DNA of 62,551 nucleotides, counting the filler, from Collodictyon triciliatum (Eukaryota), in assembly GCA_043381765.1 (NCBI GenBank). It is 8 parts of 8 records of this genome, joined end to end, with 100 filler letters (N's around TTAATTAATTAA, not from the genome) between each part and the next. Parts side by side here need not be neighbours in the genome. Positions count along the whole stretch, not along the records: positions 1 to 8,290 come from JBHJMP010003489.1; positions 8,391 to 16,678 come from JBHJMP010003492.1; 6 more parts are not named here. One strand, given 5' to 3'. A program made the position numbers and the translations under genes. This document shows, piece by piece, positions 1-13,584 of this stretch (positions within the stretch are counted from its first letter, which is position 1; every line of letters begins with the position of its first letter). The notes under the pieces are model-generated. The model saw only the letters and a program-made list of their open reading frames with translations, ran no database searches and had not been told where the DNA came from.

Positions 1-105
1 ATTGGTATTTGTATTGGTATTTGTATTGGTATTTGTATTGGTATTTGTATTGGTATTTGTATTGGTATTTGTATTGGTATTTGTATTGGTATTTGTATTT
101 GTATT
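1..105. repeat. (ATTGGTATTTGT)n microsatellite in an intron of the LRR receptor gene
   Basis: Direct 12-nt tandem repeat. Confidence 0.9.
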
Positions 106-119
106 GTATAGCAATTTAC

Positions 120-3100
120 TTTGTTCTGAAGATGACCATGTCCAAAATAGTATAATGTTGACCCGACTAAGAGAAATATAGGTATCCTCACAAAACTGAA
201 CACCAGAGACCGAGAAATGTCATCAATTCTTAAAATACACGATAAATTAGGTAGCTCTATTGAGCCTATGGACGAAGAAATATCCAGAAATTCATTCGTT
301 TCATCAGACTGTACAATTCCCGAAGACAATACAGAGAGAGTTTGCATATGGAACATGATGATGCGTAGTTTGGCTAATAACAAACGAAGGTTTAAATTCA
401 TTTTTATGCAATCATTACAGAAAAATCTTCAAAAAGAAATACTGGTTGATGAGAGGTTACCTGACTTAGATGACTCTGTGTGGTAGAGATAAAACAAAAA
501 TGTACAAAATCCTATCAAACCAAGAATCAATGAAGAATATATATTGGCTTCTTCACATGTTAGGCAAGACCTTCCTTGACGTCCATAACCATCTTGGCAT
601 TTCGAGCACGCATGCCCTTCATAGCCTTCTTCACAAACACTTGTCACTCGGATTGTGGTGTTTGAATTTGAATTTTTATGAGGAATCGATGTCTTACATG
701 ACTCGGGTCTTGGACATGAAATTATTGATTTTACTTCGATTACATTTGGAGATGCAAAACAATTATTCAAGCTAATTCCATCCTGACATTCACATTCCCT
801 GGGACAACTAATGCACTTATTTCCGAATCCAAAGTAGCCGGGTAGGCATTTGCAGAATTCATAATCGTAGTATTCGGGATTTACCTCAACATTCGTTCTT
901 ACTAACCCTTTATTTGTGACAATAGAAGGACACAAGTAGAATTTTGATTCGTCTTCTATGTTGTAAGGATTTGAATACTTCATAAAACTAGGCAGAAAGT
1001 TGTAAATTCCATGACTCATCCGCGTATTCTTGAGTCCCAAGTATTGAAGTTTGGAAAATTTGATGAATGATTCGGGGATGGCTCCTTCAATTGGGTTTCC
1101 AGAAATATCAAAAGACGTCCATTTCAACAAATTAGTTAGCTCCTCAATTTTTTTTATTCGATTGCTTTTAATGCTAATACTTTTTGCATTTACCACATAA
1201 TAGAATATCTTCCAATTTATGTCACCAAAAAGCATGTTGTCATCGAGTATGAGGTTTTCGTAATAATAAATGTAGTCCTCATAATCATTGTCCACAAATA
1301 TGAAATCTCCGACATTTATTGAAAACAGATTGTTTCTAAAGTCGACTGACACTAAATTTGGCAAATTCCAAAACATCTTGGGCATTCTCCCTGAAAGCTG
1401 GTTGTGAGACAATGTCAGTGATTTGAGTTCTTTAAATCTGTGAAAATAACTTGGAACTGATCCATTTAATTCATTTCTTGATATGTCTAGATATTGTATT
1501 CGCGGAATAATAAGTATTTCTGGAATGGAACCGGCAACGTGATTCTCACTTATATCCATTTTATTTAATTTTAGTAGTTTTAGACGTGGTAACGAGCCGT
1601 TAAAACTGTTTCTGAACAATATCAATTCAATTAAGCTGGAACAATTTTCGAAACTTGGAAGGCTCCCTTCTAGATTATTTTCGTAGGCCGAAAAAATGGC
1701 CATGTTTGTGAGGTTTGAAAAATTCGGCACGGTTCCTGAGAGTTTCAATGTGAGATAATTTTTACTTTTTTTATAAAAAAAAAATAGAAAAATATACCGC
1801 CCAGGATATTCCTTGATACATCTAACCTCTCTGATTTTCCTAAACTATCAAAATCGGGTATTTGTCCTGATAAAATGCAAATTGATATTTTAGTGCAATT
1901 TCTATAAAAATTACATTATTCTGGTAATTCTATGTAACCTGCAATATTATTATCTGAAAAATTAATGTCTAATAAATTTGGAGTATCGGCCAACTCTGGT
2001 AATGTTCCTGATATTTTATGAAACATAAGTTAGTTTAATTTTTTTAAAGATTAAAAGTACGTAATTTTTTCTTTCTCACCGTTGATTTTGTTGCTCGATA
2101 AATTTATCAACAAAATATTTGGAATATAGTTGAACTCTGGTAGTGTTCCTGGTGCATTTTTCGAATTTATACTTTGGTTGCTTTTCTAATATGTTGCTTT
2201 TTTTTTCTCAATTCAATACGACTTACCACTCAATTGATTCCGAGATAAATTGATCGTTTCAACGAATATAATCTTTCCGAAAATTGGCGTTGTTCCTGGT
2301 TGGAATGACACGATTATTTTTATTAATTGGTATCTGATAAAAATCAAACAAAATTTAGCAGGTTTACCTATGAATTCATTAATATCAAAGTGTAATTCCC
2401 TGATAATGGGAATACCATCAAAATCTGGAACGGTTCCTAAATTAAATTTTGTGATTTTTTGATGTTATTACTGCTGTATTGTTTATTTTATACCACCAAT
2501 GCAGCTCTGATAAACTCCTAGAACTTCGACATTTGGTATTCCTGAAAAGTTTGGAGATGTTCCTGTAGTAATTTTTTATTAGTATTGTGATTTTTTTTAC
2601 CATGGCGAATAATGAAATCCACTAGCACACCTGTTAACTTCTCACTTAAACCAATCCATAAAGTTTGGATTTTAGATAACCCAGTAAAATCAGGGACATG
2701 TCCTTCGAGACTGTTTCCATCAATTGCTAAATATTCTATGTTTGGAAGCGATTTGAAGTCATAAATAGTCCCTGTCATTTTATTCTCGTACAAATTCAGG
2801 CTCTTAAGACTAGGTAAATTAAAATCTGGTAATATTCCGTATATCATGTTGGAGCTGAAATCGATTTCATTAAGAAACGGTAGATTTTTGAGAATTTCAT
2901 GAACCACTTCTATATCTCCATCAAGATTGTTATCGGGCATTGAAATACCAATGACAGGGCATGTGTTATTCTAAAAAATAATTATAAAATTTAAAAATAT
3001 GCTTCTCCAAAAGGCATGTAGGTGCAAAAATAAATGTGTTTAAAAAATGAAAAATTTCTTTTTAACATTTTTAATATAAAAACACAAGTGTACCTGATGT

Positions 3101-3702
3101 TGCTCCAAAGAACAATTTTTTAAGCACGATATTCCAAACCATTTACATACTGGTAATATTTTTTCTCTCCAGCCTATTCTTTTTATCCAATTTTCTCCTC
3201 CAAGAGAATCGTACATCTGCTTAAGAGTATCGTATTGTGTGCTGATGTTGTTGATATTCAGATAATTTCCAGAAAACTCTAGGTGATTGGTTAAATCCTC
3301 AGGCGTATTATTTGTAAATGACGATTCAACGGAATTTATTTCGCATGCCTGTGATTCTGCTCCCATTTTTTCACAAAACTGTGATTCTTCGTCAACAGAA
3401 TATGAAAGCTGCTTAGCCACATTATGCATGTAACCAATGACATGTGATTCGCGCTTGACGTCAACTTCGATAGGACAATATTCATCATAGAACCTTAGTA
3501 GTACTTGAAATCCTTTTTCAATATCCATGGATAGAATTTGGTCTCTGGTATACTGGCATTGCATCCTATTTTCCAAATTAATGGGTAATCATCTAATAAA
3601 TTTCAAAATAAATCAAAATTCAAACCTTTTTGAAGACTCTACAAAAACCAGAGTGGAAAACAAAAGGGAAACGAATGTAAGTAGTGACTTTGTTAGTCTC
3701 AT
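120..3702 (-). CDS. Multi-exon LRR receptor-like membrane protein (signal peptide, LRRNT cap, plant-type LRRs, Cys-rich region, several TM helices); 3' end runs out of the window
   Basis: ATG at 3702 gives signal peptide MRLTKSLLTFVSLLFSTLVFVES. In-frame GT-AG intron 3625-3566. Cap LGGENW..GW...CKWFGISC, repeated LxxNxLxGxLP units, CEEGYEGHACSKCQDGY, then TM segments including KLRIIMFHMQTLS. Confidence 0.85.
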
Positions 3703-5579
3703 AGTCACACCTTGCTCCTTAGTGGAATTTTGAACAACTTTTCTCTTCCTGTGATTCAATTTATCAAAATTGTAATATAAATTATCATATATGATAAATT
3801 CTTTATGCAAGGCACATTTATCGTTTCTATTTTACATTCTGAATATAAAAATCAATTTCAAATATCCAAAGCACAATCGAATAGCATAATAAAAAAGTTT
3901 TTTGATACATGATTCATATGCTTCCAAAAAATATTTATTTGCTCCTATGAAAATATCGTTTTCCCCTTCATTCTACATTTGACAATATCATAAACTCTTG
4001 GTTATATTCATTAGATCTGATTATTTCTATCAAAATTTCTGCTAAAACTTTCGATAATGTGGCATTTCAATATTTTGAAAACAATTCGATGATATTCTTC
4101 TTAAAAAAAAATCTAATTTAATTTTATGTTATCTATTTTAGGTTACTCTGTTTTTTATTTTTATAATAGCGTAATTTCATAAATATATGGCCTCCCTGAC
4201 AATAAATAATCCAAGTAATATTTGATTGGATAGGACGTATTTTCAAGCTATTGGATACGTCTTAACATCGTATTTTATAAGTGCTATTATAAATATATTA
4301 AATCATGAAAAATCGAACAAAATATTAAAAATATTGGTGTAAGCATTTAAGAAATATAATATTTTATCATTAATTAACATCTTGTCATTCAAATATTGAG
4401 TTAATTTTGTACATGACATTTTGAATAGATGTTGAATTAAAGGAGTTTTTCGAACATTTTTAATGATATTTTATTATCCTTTTCTTCGCATAGTTATTAA
4501 ATTCAAGAAATACTATAGCACAAATGAATTATCTCTTTAATATGGCATCATTTATTGAATTATTAAAATATATGCCGATGGTATGAGTAATCTGTGCAAC
4601 TTAAAAAAATGGACATCACAAATAGAATGAAGCATGGTATTATGTGAGGTAAAACTATATCAAGGGTGAATCGTAAGAGTTTTTTTTTTACTGAATTACA
4701 ATAATTTTTTCTATGTATTTTATATGCACAAAATAATCACATTTTCTCGCCAAATTGTAATTCAAAAATCAGCATTATCAAATACCATATGATTAGTACA
4801 TAATTTGGTTGATATGAGATAGTTTCACAACATTTCAAGCGATAGAATATGAATTCAGCTTCTTATTTTATTGATTGACGGAAAAAACTATTGATGGAAA
4901 AACCAAGCATAAAACTACAGCCGAAGTTGGTCGATTTAGCCTCCATTTTTAACATGTAATACAATTTTATGTTTTGGGTTAGTTTGTATGTTGTTGGGTA
5001 TTCAAAGCAGCCCCTTGATATTCAAGATATGCGATAATATCCCAAGAATGACAATTTATATGTTGATTCATAACATAAGGAAATAAAGGCAGTTTTCTTA
5101 TAACGAAAATCATACATCTTTTTCTAGAGGAACTACTCTTGATACTGGAATAAAATATTGAAATTACAAGACTAAGCCGAAATATGAAAAATGAAAAATG
5201 GGAAATGAAAAATGAAAAATGAAAAATGAAAAATGAAAAACAAGTGTTAAATAAATGTTAACGAGGCAGAGGACATCCCAGCTTTCTTGTTCGTTTGATT
5301 CTGCCACACCCCCAAAGACTCTTGTTTGCAGCCGACAGTGACTTCCAGAAGTACGCCACCGATCTCCCTTTGACAAACCCAACAAAACGACTCCCAAAGT
5401 GGCATAGTACGGTATTATATATATCACACATTTTTTATCATACCATTTTTGCTTTTCGCTTTTTGCTTTTTTCTTTATTATGTAAATCAGAACTATTTTC
5501 AGGTTACCTTATCACACGAGCGCTATCCATAGAACCCTCTCCCACAGACGAACGCAAGAACAGAACACCAACACCAACA

Positions 5580-7997
5580 ATGCTTTCGCGCTGTGTTTCA
5601 TCGTTTCTATTGGCAAATGAAACTTAACATTAAAAAGAGGGGGCTTTTTTTTTTTGCAACTTATTCTTTTTTTTTTCTTCTTCTTCTCATTCTATTCGTA
5701 TGTGTTTATCAGATGCAGTCGTATCAGCAGCCGCGACCGCAGAGCCCGCGCTTTGTTGTCTATTCCCAGCCGCGAACACAGACACCGGAGCCTCATGTTT
5801 ACGTCAGCCAAATGCCTTCCTTCGCAAGTGCACGTTCCGTTGGCTCCACGCCGCTCCAGTACCAATACCAGCAGCCTCTTCAACAGCCGATGCAGCAGAG
5901 GCCAGTGATTGTCAATCGCCCACCCATGAATCATCCGAATACTCCAAATCCTCATCCATCCGCTATGCAGGCTGCGCGTGCCTACCCCCATCATAAGTGT
6001 GTGTTCTCTGGCTATAGATTAATATGTATGTATATTACCAATTCATTGGTTCTTTTATTCGTTTATTACCGCAAAAAGCCCCGCTGTGTATCATCCGGAT
6101 GGCCGATTGATGAATGCACCAGAAGGCGGCCAATACTACCATTTCCAAGACTTCAATCATGCTGGGATGTACCCACCTGCAACTAAAGCCCAGCAAGTAA
6201 CAAAGAAAAAAACATTCATCGATATTACGTTCGAATGTGTTTCTTTACTGTCGCCATTACGTTGGTAATACCGCCATGTCACCAAAAACACGATGTGTAG
6301 GTGCCCGGACAAACAGGCTATTCTTATGATTTTGAGCCAATGTACTATTGTATATCGCTTTTTCCTTTTCAAATAAGTTTTTCTAACTGAAATAGGAAGA
6401 TTTTCGATTTCATGAATTCTCTTGCTATAATGACCTAAAATTGGACGATATCGATAAAATTGTCATTATTATAAGATATACAAATGCATCGTATACCACA
6501 AAAGGACCTCAACAAAGACCTGCAAGCCCACATGCCACCCCCAATGTCTGTTTAGTACTTCGAATTTGTATAGTTGATTAATAATAATAATAAAAAAGTA
6601 TTTATATCCGGCTGATGTCGGTATTAATTTCTATTATTTTATTTTGTCATCATTTATTTTCATCTGTATTGAGTTCATTAAGCCAACTTTTATTCAATAC
6701 AATATCCTAATCTCTTTTATGACGGACGTAACGGTGTGAAAGATTCCTCCAAAAGAGCCTTCACTGACAGAGAATGAAACACGAATCTCCTCTCGTCGAG
6801 AAATCAACCAGCCCTTATCTGTCCATAGCTCGAGATTTACCGAAGAGCCCATTCAACCACCAAAGTAAGTGTGTAAACAGGCTGTCCCTTCATAAAATTT
6901 ATGGGTCATAAACTGAACTCCATATTTTACTTTATTAACCTAGACCGGCACCGGTATCTATTCCAGCTCCAAGCAAAAAGATAATCCAAAAAGTACCAAA
7001 GACTATTCCAAACCCTTCTTGGGGCAATCTTAACGACCCTCGACCAGATCATCCAGTATTAAGATCCTTTTAATCCTAGAAAACACTAAATTGATGCTTA
7101 ATAAAATTCAAAATGATTCAAAAAACTATCAACATATAAAAAGTATAAAGGGCTTTGGTTAACACCTTATTTATGTAATGATTTTCGTATTTAAGATAAA
7201 AATGCTGCAAGTAAATTGCTTATATTCTTTTTACTTCTACTAGTACTATGGGACATGGAAAACTCCAATATGGGGATTATCTAGAAACGACCAGAGCGAT
7301 TCCATCGAATCTGATAAGAAACTGTCCAATTTAGGAAATCAGTCTGACGCTCACAAAACGTAATTGTAAAATAGGAGGAAGAATTAGCCTGACATTATGT
7401 GTTTTGCATCTCCTTTATGAACCCTCTTTTTTTTTATCTTTATTTTCGTATTATTATTTATTATTTTCTTCATATGTTACTATTTCTTCCTTATGAGATT
7501 GTGCGACCTTTTTTCCCATTATAATTCTTTTTCATTTGCATCAAGCACGGAGGCACGGCTTTTTGGTGAAGCATCTGTCGAGGTATCTAGCGAAAACCCA
7601 ACAAAAATCCTTTCAGATATACTGTTTTCATCATCGGACAAGAGCACGATATACATTCAGGGTATTTTGAGAATAAGATTATGTAGATTTTTTGCTGGAT
7701 TTCGGTGCTCCTTGCTATTTAATCTGAAGTTCCCAAAAGGACAGATATATCAACTGTACTAAGAAACATTTTTTCCAAGTTATTGATGCTCGTGGTCTGC
7801 TCGGTAATTCCATGTCAGGTATACTCATACTCTTAATTTTTATATGTTCTATGAAGTTAGTGATAATATTAATGCTTTAACTATGTAGAGGAACGTCCTG
7901 ATTTGTATTGCCGGCTCGACTACAACGGTCTGGTGAAAAGCACGAAAATCTTAAAGCAAGCAGGCTTCAATCCGGTGTGGAACGAAAGCTTTACATT
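5580..7997 (+). CDS. Multi-exon protein with Pro/Gln-rich N-terminus and a C2 domain; 3' truncated at contig end, start uncertain (5580 or 5713)
   Basis: Spliced exons 7780-7997 read IDARGLLGNSMS..RPDLYCRLDYNGLVKSTKILKQAGFNPVWNESFT, a C2 signature. Low-complexity P/Q exons lie upstream. Confidence 0.65.
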
Positions 7998-8120
7998 GTA
8001 TGAAATATGAACATCAAAATAATTTCTTTTGGATTAATATGCTCCAACCCCCTCTTACTTTTACATCTTCAACCCTGTCATCAGATGCTTTATCTTGTTA
8101 TATTCTTCCCTATACGAAAA

Positions 8121-8290
8121 TATTCTGTTATATTCTGTTATATTCTGTTATATTCTGTTATATTCTGTTATATTCTGTTATATTCTGTTATATTCTGTTA
8201 TATTCTGTTATATTCTGTTATATTCTGTTATATTCTGTTATATTCTGTTATATTCTGTTATATTCTGTTATATTCTGTTATATTCTGTTA
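8121..8290. repeat. (TATTCTGTTA)n 10-mer tandem repeat at contig end
   Basis: 17 perfect copies. Confidence 0.95.
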
Positions 8291-8390
8291 NNNNNNNNNN
8301 NNNNNNNNNNNNNNNNNNNNNNNNNNNNNNNNNNTTAATTAATTAANNNNNNNNNNNNNNNNNNNNNNNNNNNNNNNNNNNNNNNNNNNN
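8291..8390. other. Artificial contig linker N44-TTAATTAATTAA-N44
   Basis: Identical 100-nt spacer with stops in all six frames, recurring seven times. Confidence 0.98.
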
Positions 8391-8443
<53 letters not shown>

Positions 8444-8497
8444 TAAAAAATAAAATTAAAACATTACAGAATCACACTTATAAATACATATTTGTCT

Positions 8498-11311
8498 TCA
8501 GTGACTGCTAAGGATCACCAAAGAAAAATCAGGTGGGGCAAAGACTGCTTTGTCGAGTGTCGAATTGTAAGAGAATGACGATCGAAAAGTCTGTTTATTT
8601 TGAATTTTTGAATTATTTTCTTCTTGTGGAACCGAGGGTGGAGTCGAGGAAGCGGCTGAGCGATTGCGCGGGTCAGCCCATCGTCTGTGGGGCGCTGAAA
8701 GGAGTGCGGAGGCTCTCTTCGTCGCTGGAGTGGTCTTCGGTCGATTCAAGTCCGCCACAGAAAGCGTACTTGGTTTCAAACCTGATGATAAGGCATTATT
8801 TTGAGCGATATTCTTTCTTGGTGTGGCTTTTTATCTCTTCAAGATATCAGGATTTTCAAATGAATCGCAGGTATAATACTGCACAGCATAGAATTGGCGG
8901 AAAAAAAAATATTCAAATAGTGTTGAATGCCCACCACAAATCTTCACAATTCAGTATTTGTTTGATCCTATAGCTGGGTTCAGTCTTTTCTTCAATTTTT
9001 AATCCAAAGAACCCGATGCCATGAGAGAAGCCCTATTGAAAAGGAATCATTTCATTTTTATTTTTTTATTTGTAATGTATTTATTCCTATCAAATCAAAG
9101 GGTGCCTTGTTTCTACCCAACCAAATAGAAATGAAGATTTTCGTTGTTAGCTTTAAAATGGGAAAATTAAGGGAAACCTTAAAATCTTGATATGAAAATG
9201 CATGCAAGTGCGATAATGATGCAGCAACCATTTCAAATATAATTAAAAAGCATTGAATTCTGCGGGACAGTTCGTCTGCGTCTTGGTCAGGTGTTTCTTT
9301 CAAAGTTCCATTCGATGCCATTTGATCGAGCAAGAACTTTTGTCTATTCATTCACCATATGTAGAAAGTTACTCTTAAGAGAAAAATTATAATAAAGCTT
9401 TGATTGTAAAAATATATAGCTGTAATGGAAAGGGGATTTGAAAAAAAAAATCATACACGTAAGTCAAGAAGACTACTAGCTTGATACAAGTGAATTTAAG
9501 AAATGGATCGTGTGCGACCAAATCATCCTTGGTAACTCGGTAAAACTATGTATTGAACATATGATTAATAATTTCATTACAAATTAAAGTATCAATCGAT
9601 AATATTGTGTAAAAATCATAGATGATTTAACCTGTATTAAAAAGAACATGGCAATCTCGATCTTGTTAAAGAAAATGTATATGTGGTGCTGTATGAATGA
9701 AGATTAATGACGTAGTATTATTGATGCATCGTAACAAAAAGAAAAAAGAAGTAAGAAGCAGATATCCACGAAAAGGATACAGCAATCGAACATAAGCTAA
9801 GTATTTGTACTGGATCTGCCTTCCTGTCTCCATCATAATAACCATCCAGCTCTAGAATAAAGTGAACAAAAGATAGGATGGGCTTGAGGAAAACAAACTG
9901 CAATACACCACGTTTAATTCTCCTCAGCCACGCTCTATGTGAAAGTAAAAGAAATTGTATAAAAAATTAAGACATTTATCCCGCCGAATAGCTATGTGTA
10001 ATGCCTGAAAATAGTCCCTCGACTTATTAAAAAAAAAAGCTTTTGTTTTTTTCTAAATTTAAAAAATTAAATACAAAATGAGATTAATATTGCAAAATAT
10101 TATGCATATTCAAATTGGTTTGAAAATTTTCTTGCCTATCCGTTTTAATCCTTGCGTTTCTAAAGCAAACAGACAGAACCCCGCCCGCAGGGACGCTCCC
10201 TTTGTCTTCAAAAATTCTGATGAGATCTTCGTTTCCTCCCAAATAAGTAATCAACAGCATCAAGAACATGTAAATAGTGTATGATTCATATCTACGATTA
10301 GGAGAAAAGGATTCATAAATTAAAAATATATAAAGGAATTTTGGACATCCCTTAATCAGCGGTATGACTCTCTTGTAAAGACCCTACCCATCACGAATAA
10401 CTTCCAGCGAATATGACCACTTAGAATCGATGAATACCAGAGCAAGGAATGATTCTACAGCATATATCTGGAAATAATAAAATGGGATTATCAAAAAATC
10501 ATCAAAGGCAAAGTAACTTTTCATCTCCCAACAGCTTGAAAACATAGGTTAAATATAAACTCTATTAAAAAAAAGTATTAATATTTTAAAATTAAATGAC
10601 TTTATGAAGTATATTTATTCGATTTCATAACTGCTTGAAAAAGCAGAATGAAAAAATTATAACCAATCAAAAATTTATTTATTGGTTTTTGTGAAATAAT
10701 GCGCCAAAACAAGACTTGAGTATGTTGTTTGTCGAAGTGTATATTATACGTACGGGAACCATTAAAAGGATTCGAATAATGTATCTCTGTACTGCAGGAT
10801 TTGTGTAATTTTCAAAATGCTGTTTTAGGTGTGATTAAAGGGTTTTGATTTAGAATAATTTATGTGAATGAGCAACCGAAAGAAGCCACCACTTTCAATT
10901 ATCGCATACTTATGTCTTCATTTAAATGCTTCGAAAGAGAAAGGAAGAAGAAAAAAGTATTTGCAAGAAATAGAGCACATGTGAAAGAAAACGTGTCCAT
11001 GATATTATTCTTTCTCAAAGGATTCATGATCAAATGACATTTACAGAAGAAAAGGGGGATATTAGGATATGTATATATTCTGTTCAAGAAGACAATTGTA
11101 CGGTATGATAAAAGGCACAATAATGCGAATAATGGACTCCAAATTTATAACTTCGACAAGACATACTCCACGGACGTAGGAATGGGAGTACCTTCTTCAC
11201 AAGGTAGAGCGAGACAAACAAAGCAGACACTGTTCCTATAGCAGCGATTCCGATCCAGATGTCCTCTTCTTTGATCGACACATCATCGTAGCCGTAGTTG
11301 TTCGTCCCCAT
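8498..11311 (-). CDS. TMEM184: TMEM184 / organic solute transporter alpha family membrane protein, multi-exon; 3' end approximate
   Basis: Exons read HFENYTNPAVQRYIIRILLMVP, YTIYMFLMLLITYLGG, IKRGVLQFVFLKPIL and IQCFLIIFEMVAASLSHLHAFSY. Confidence 0.88.
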
Positions 11312-12062
11312 CAGACTCTTGTGCGGTCTTGAAGCCGCGCCCTTAACAGAAAAGGGTAGTGTAGGTATTGGACAAGGGAGGACGAGAAAAACGATGAAGC
11401 ATGATCGTGGGCTCTTGTGGAGCAACAGAATCTCTCACTGCGTATATATGGGATTCATTTCAGTGTGTCCTTTAAAGCAACCCCTCCAACCAGACAAAGA
11501 CAATTATAGTATAAACATCTGCTTTAACGTGGTGAGAGGAAGAAGAGAAAACTCGCATATATTTTCAACAGACAGTTTACTTTATCAAAACCTCACCCAC
11601 TAATGTTCTTTACGGGAAAGGAAAAGAAGACAAGTGTAAAGGTGAAAGGTAATGGAAGTTTCATAATAAAAAAAAAATGAGAAAAAGTAGTAGCAAGAGG
11701 TAAAAGTAGAAAAGGAGGGGGACACTGCAATTTTGTTCAGAAAAATCCAGGAGGATAGCGTTTTCCTGGCAGGACCGATGCGTTTGTAATGCAGAGCAAC
11801 ACATCGAATGAAGCATCCAAAGGGATCATCCGGTCGGAGTGACCAGGCTTTCATCTCATGAGATATCCCAGTGCCATGAGGGTAGTCTGCTTTCTTTTCT
11901 TTTCTTTTCTTTTCTTTTGTTTTGTTTTCACTTTCCTTCCTTGCCAGTAGTATATCTTTTTCGGTTTATTTGACTTTAGGTTTGAAAAGATGTGCGCAGC
12001 GGTATGTGTTGGGCCTCCTTTGCAGGCTGGAAACTTCTGGAGCCATGAGGCTTGGGTGTGTT

Positions 12063-12733
12063 TTAGGCATCTTCAGCAGCCTCGGCAGCTTTGCGACGGG
12101 CTTCCATGACGTGCTTGAAGAGTTTCTGTAATGGCATTTAAAGATGCATAGTGAACTTGGGAGTCTGTGTTTGGGATATACAGCCTGGGTTTTCTTCGCA
12201 AAGAGAAACAGTATCGGTGGGTTAAAGACAATAGTATCTGAAATCATTATCATTGAATTTCTATTCAGTTATTTAATGTTCTTTGAGTTATCTGCATTTT
12301 TGTTACAATTGGTAGTATAGAGTGAGTTGTAATACCCAAAAAAAAAATACGAATGAAAAACTCGTTTAATTAGACACGAGGCATTTATCGCTATAGGTTT
12401 GGTTATAGTGACGCAAGATAAGTAAATGGAGCGGTGAAATGAACAAAGCATGCTGTTGGAAAGATATGAATAAGGTGTTTTTCAGAGGGACTCTGCCCAG
12501 GAAGTGTATGTCTGTCGAGAAAAATAAGTATAAAAATAAAAAAGTAAAGGAAAATAGAGAAAAGATGACTGAAAAAAAAGGGAGTTACTTACGCCTTTGT
12601 TGTGATTCTCCCAGAACGAATCGATGGAGTTGTCAACGACAACCTCAAGGAAGACGGCAGAGGCGACAACACCAAGTGTCATGACCGAGGTGCGTCTGAA
12701 GAAGAGTTGGTAGGCAGTTTGGGCAAGAGTCAT
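12063..12733 (-). CDS. QCR9: Cytochrome b-c1 complex subunit 9, 67 aa, exons 12733-12593 and 12125-12063
   Basis: MTLAQTAYQLFFRRTSV...DSFWENHNKG|KLFKHV; the W..HNKGKL.K motif is completed across a phase-0 GT-AG intron. Confidence 0.88.
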
Positions 12734-13584
12734 CTGTGGTGGGCTCCTTTCATGATTGAGAACCACACCAAGGAAGTCAAGGATTAACCTTTCGATTAGT
12801 GAAAAAAAAAAAACAAAGAAAAAGTCTATAGGAAAACATTGGAACTTCCAATATAATAAAAGCACGGCGCTGATTTGGTCTCTGTTCTCGTTAAGATTGT
12901 CTGTGGCCTTGGATCAGCCGCAAGGCTTTGTGGAGACGGCGAAGCCGAGCAGACAGATGGCACAGCTGATTTGTTTTGATCAAAGGGGTTCGGATGACGG
13001 AATCACAGGTTTCACAGAAAATTGCCAGTTATTCATATGTGGAATTTATAATTTTAATTGATCTGTACTTCTAAATTATCAATTTTAGCTTATATAAAAT
13101 GTAGTGGTAAAAACAATATTATGTAATATTATCGTTTATCGGGACTTTGAACAAGCTACAGTGTAGAATTATAACAAATGACATATCCTCGAATCAAACA
13201 GCAGTTCCATGCGATTACCGCGCGCATCGCTTTCTGTTCGTTGGCAAATGGAGATTCTGGAAAGTTCCACTTTTCACCGAAAATTCGCCGAAATCCGTGT
13301 TTTATTAGCCCGACCACCCAAGCCGCACATTCGCCATACAATAATTGCGGTGCGTTTGTGAGGTTTGATGATTTGAACGCACTCTCGAGAATCAACCACA
13401 AGCAAGGAGACCACACTTTCGCAACTGTTCGGGCTCTCGCACAAGGCCGCCGCGGTCATTCTGCAGACATTGCCACAAGTCCCACTAGCAGAAGGAGAAG
13501 GCCAGCTTGTATGAACCATAGCAGACCTCCTCATTCACTAACAACCAATAGGGCCAAAGCAAGACAAAGATCGCAAACTCGACA

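Noticed and set aside
8000-8346. ORFs with repeated YSVIFCYILL, and a possible CRISPR-like array
   Set aside because: Translation of a perfect 10-mer tandem repeat; no spacers
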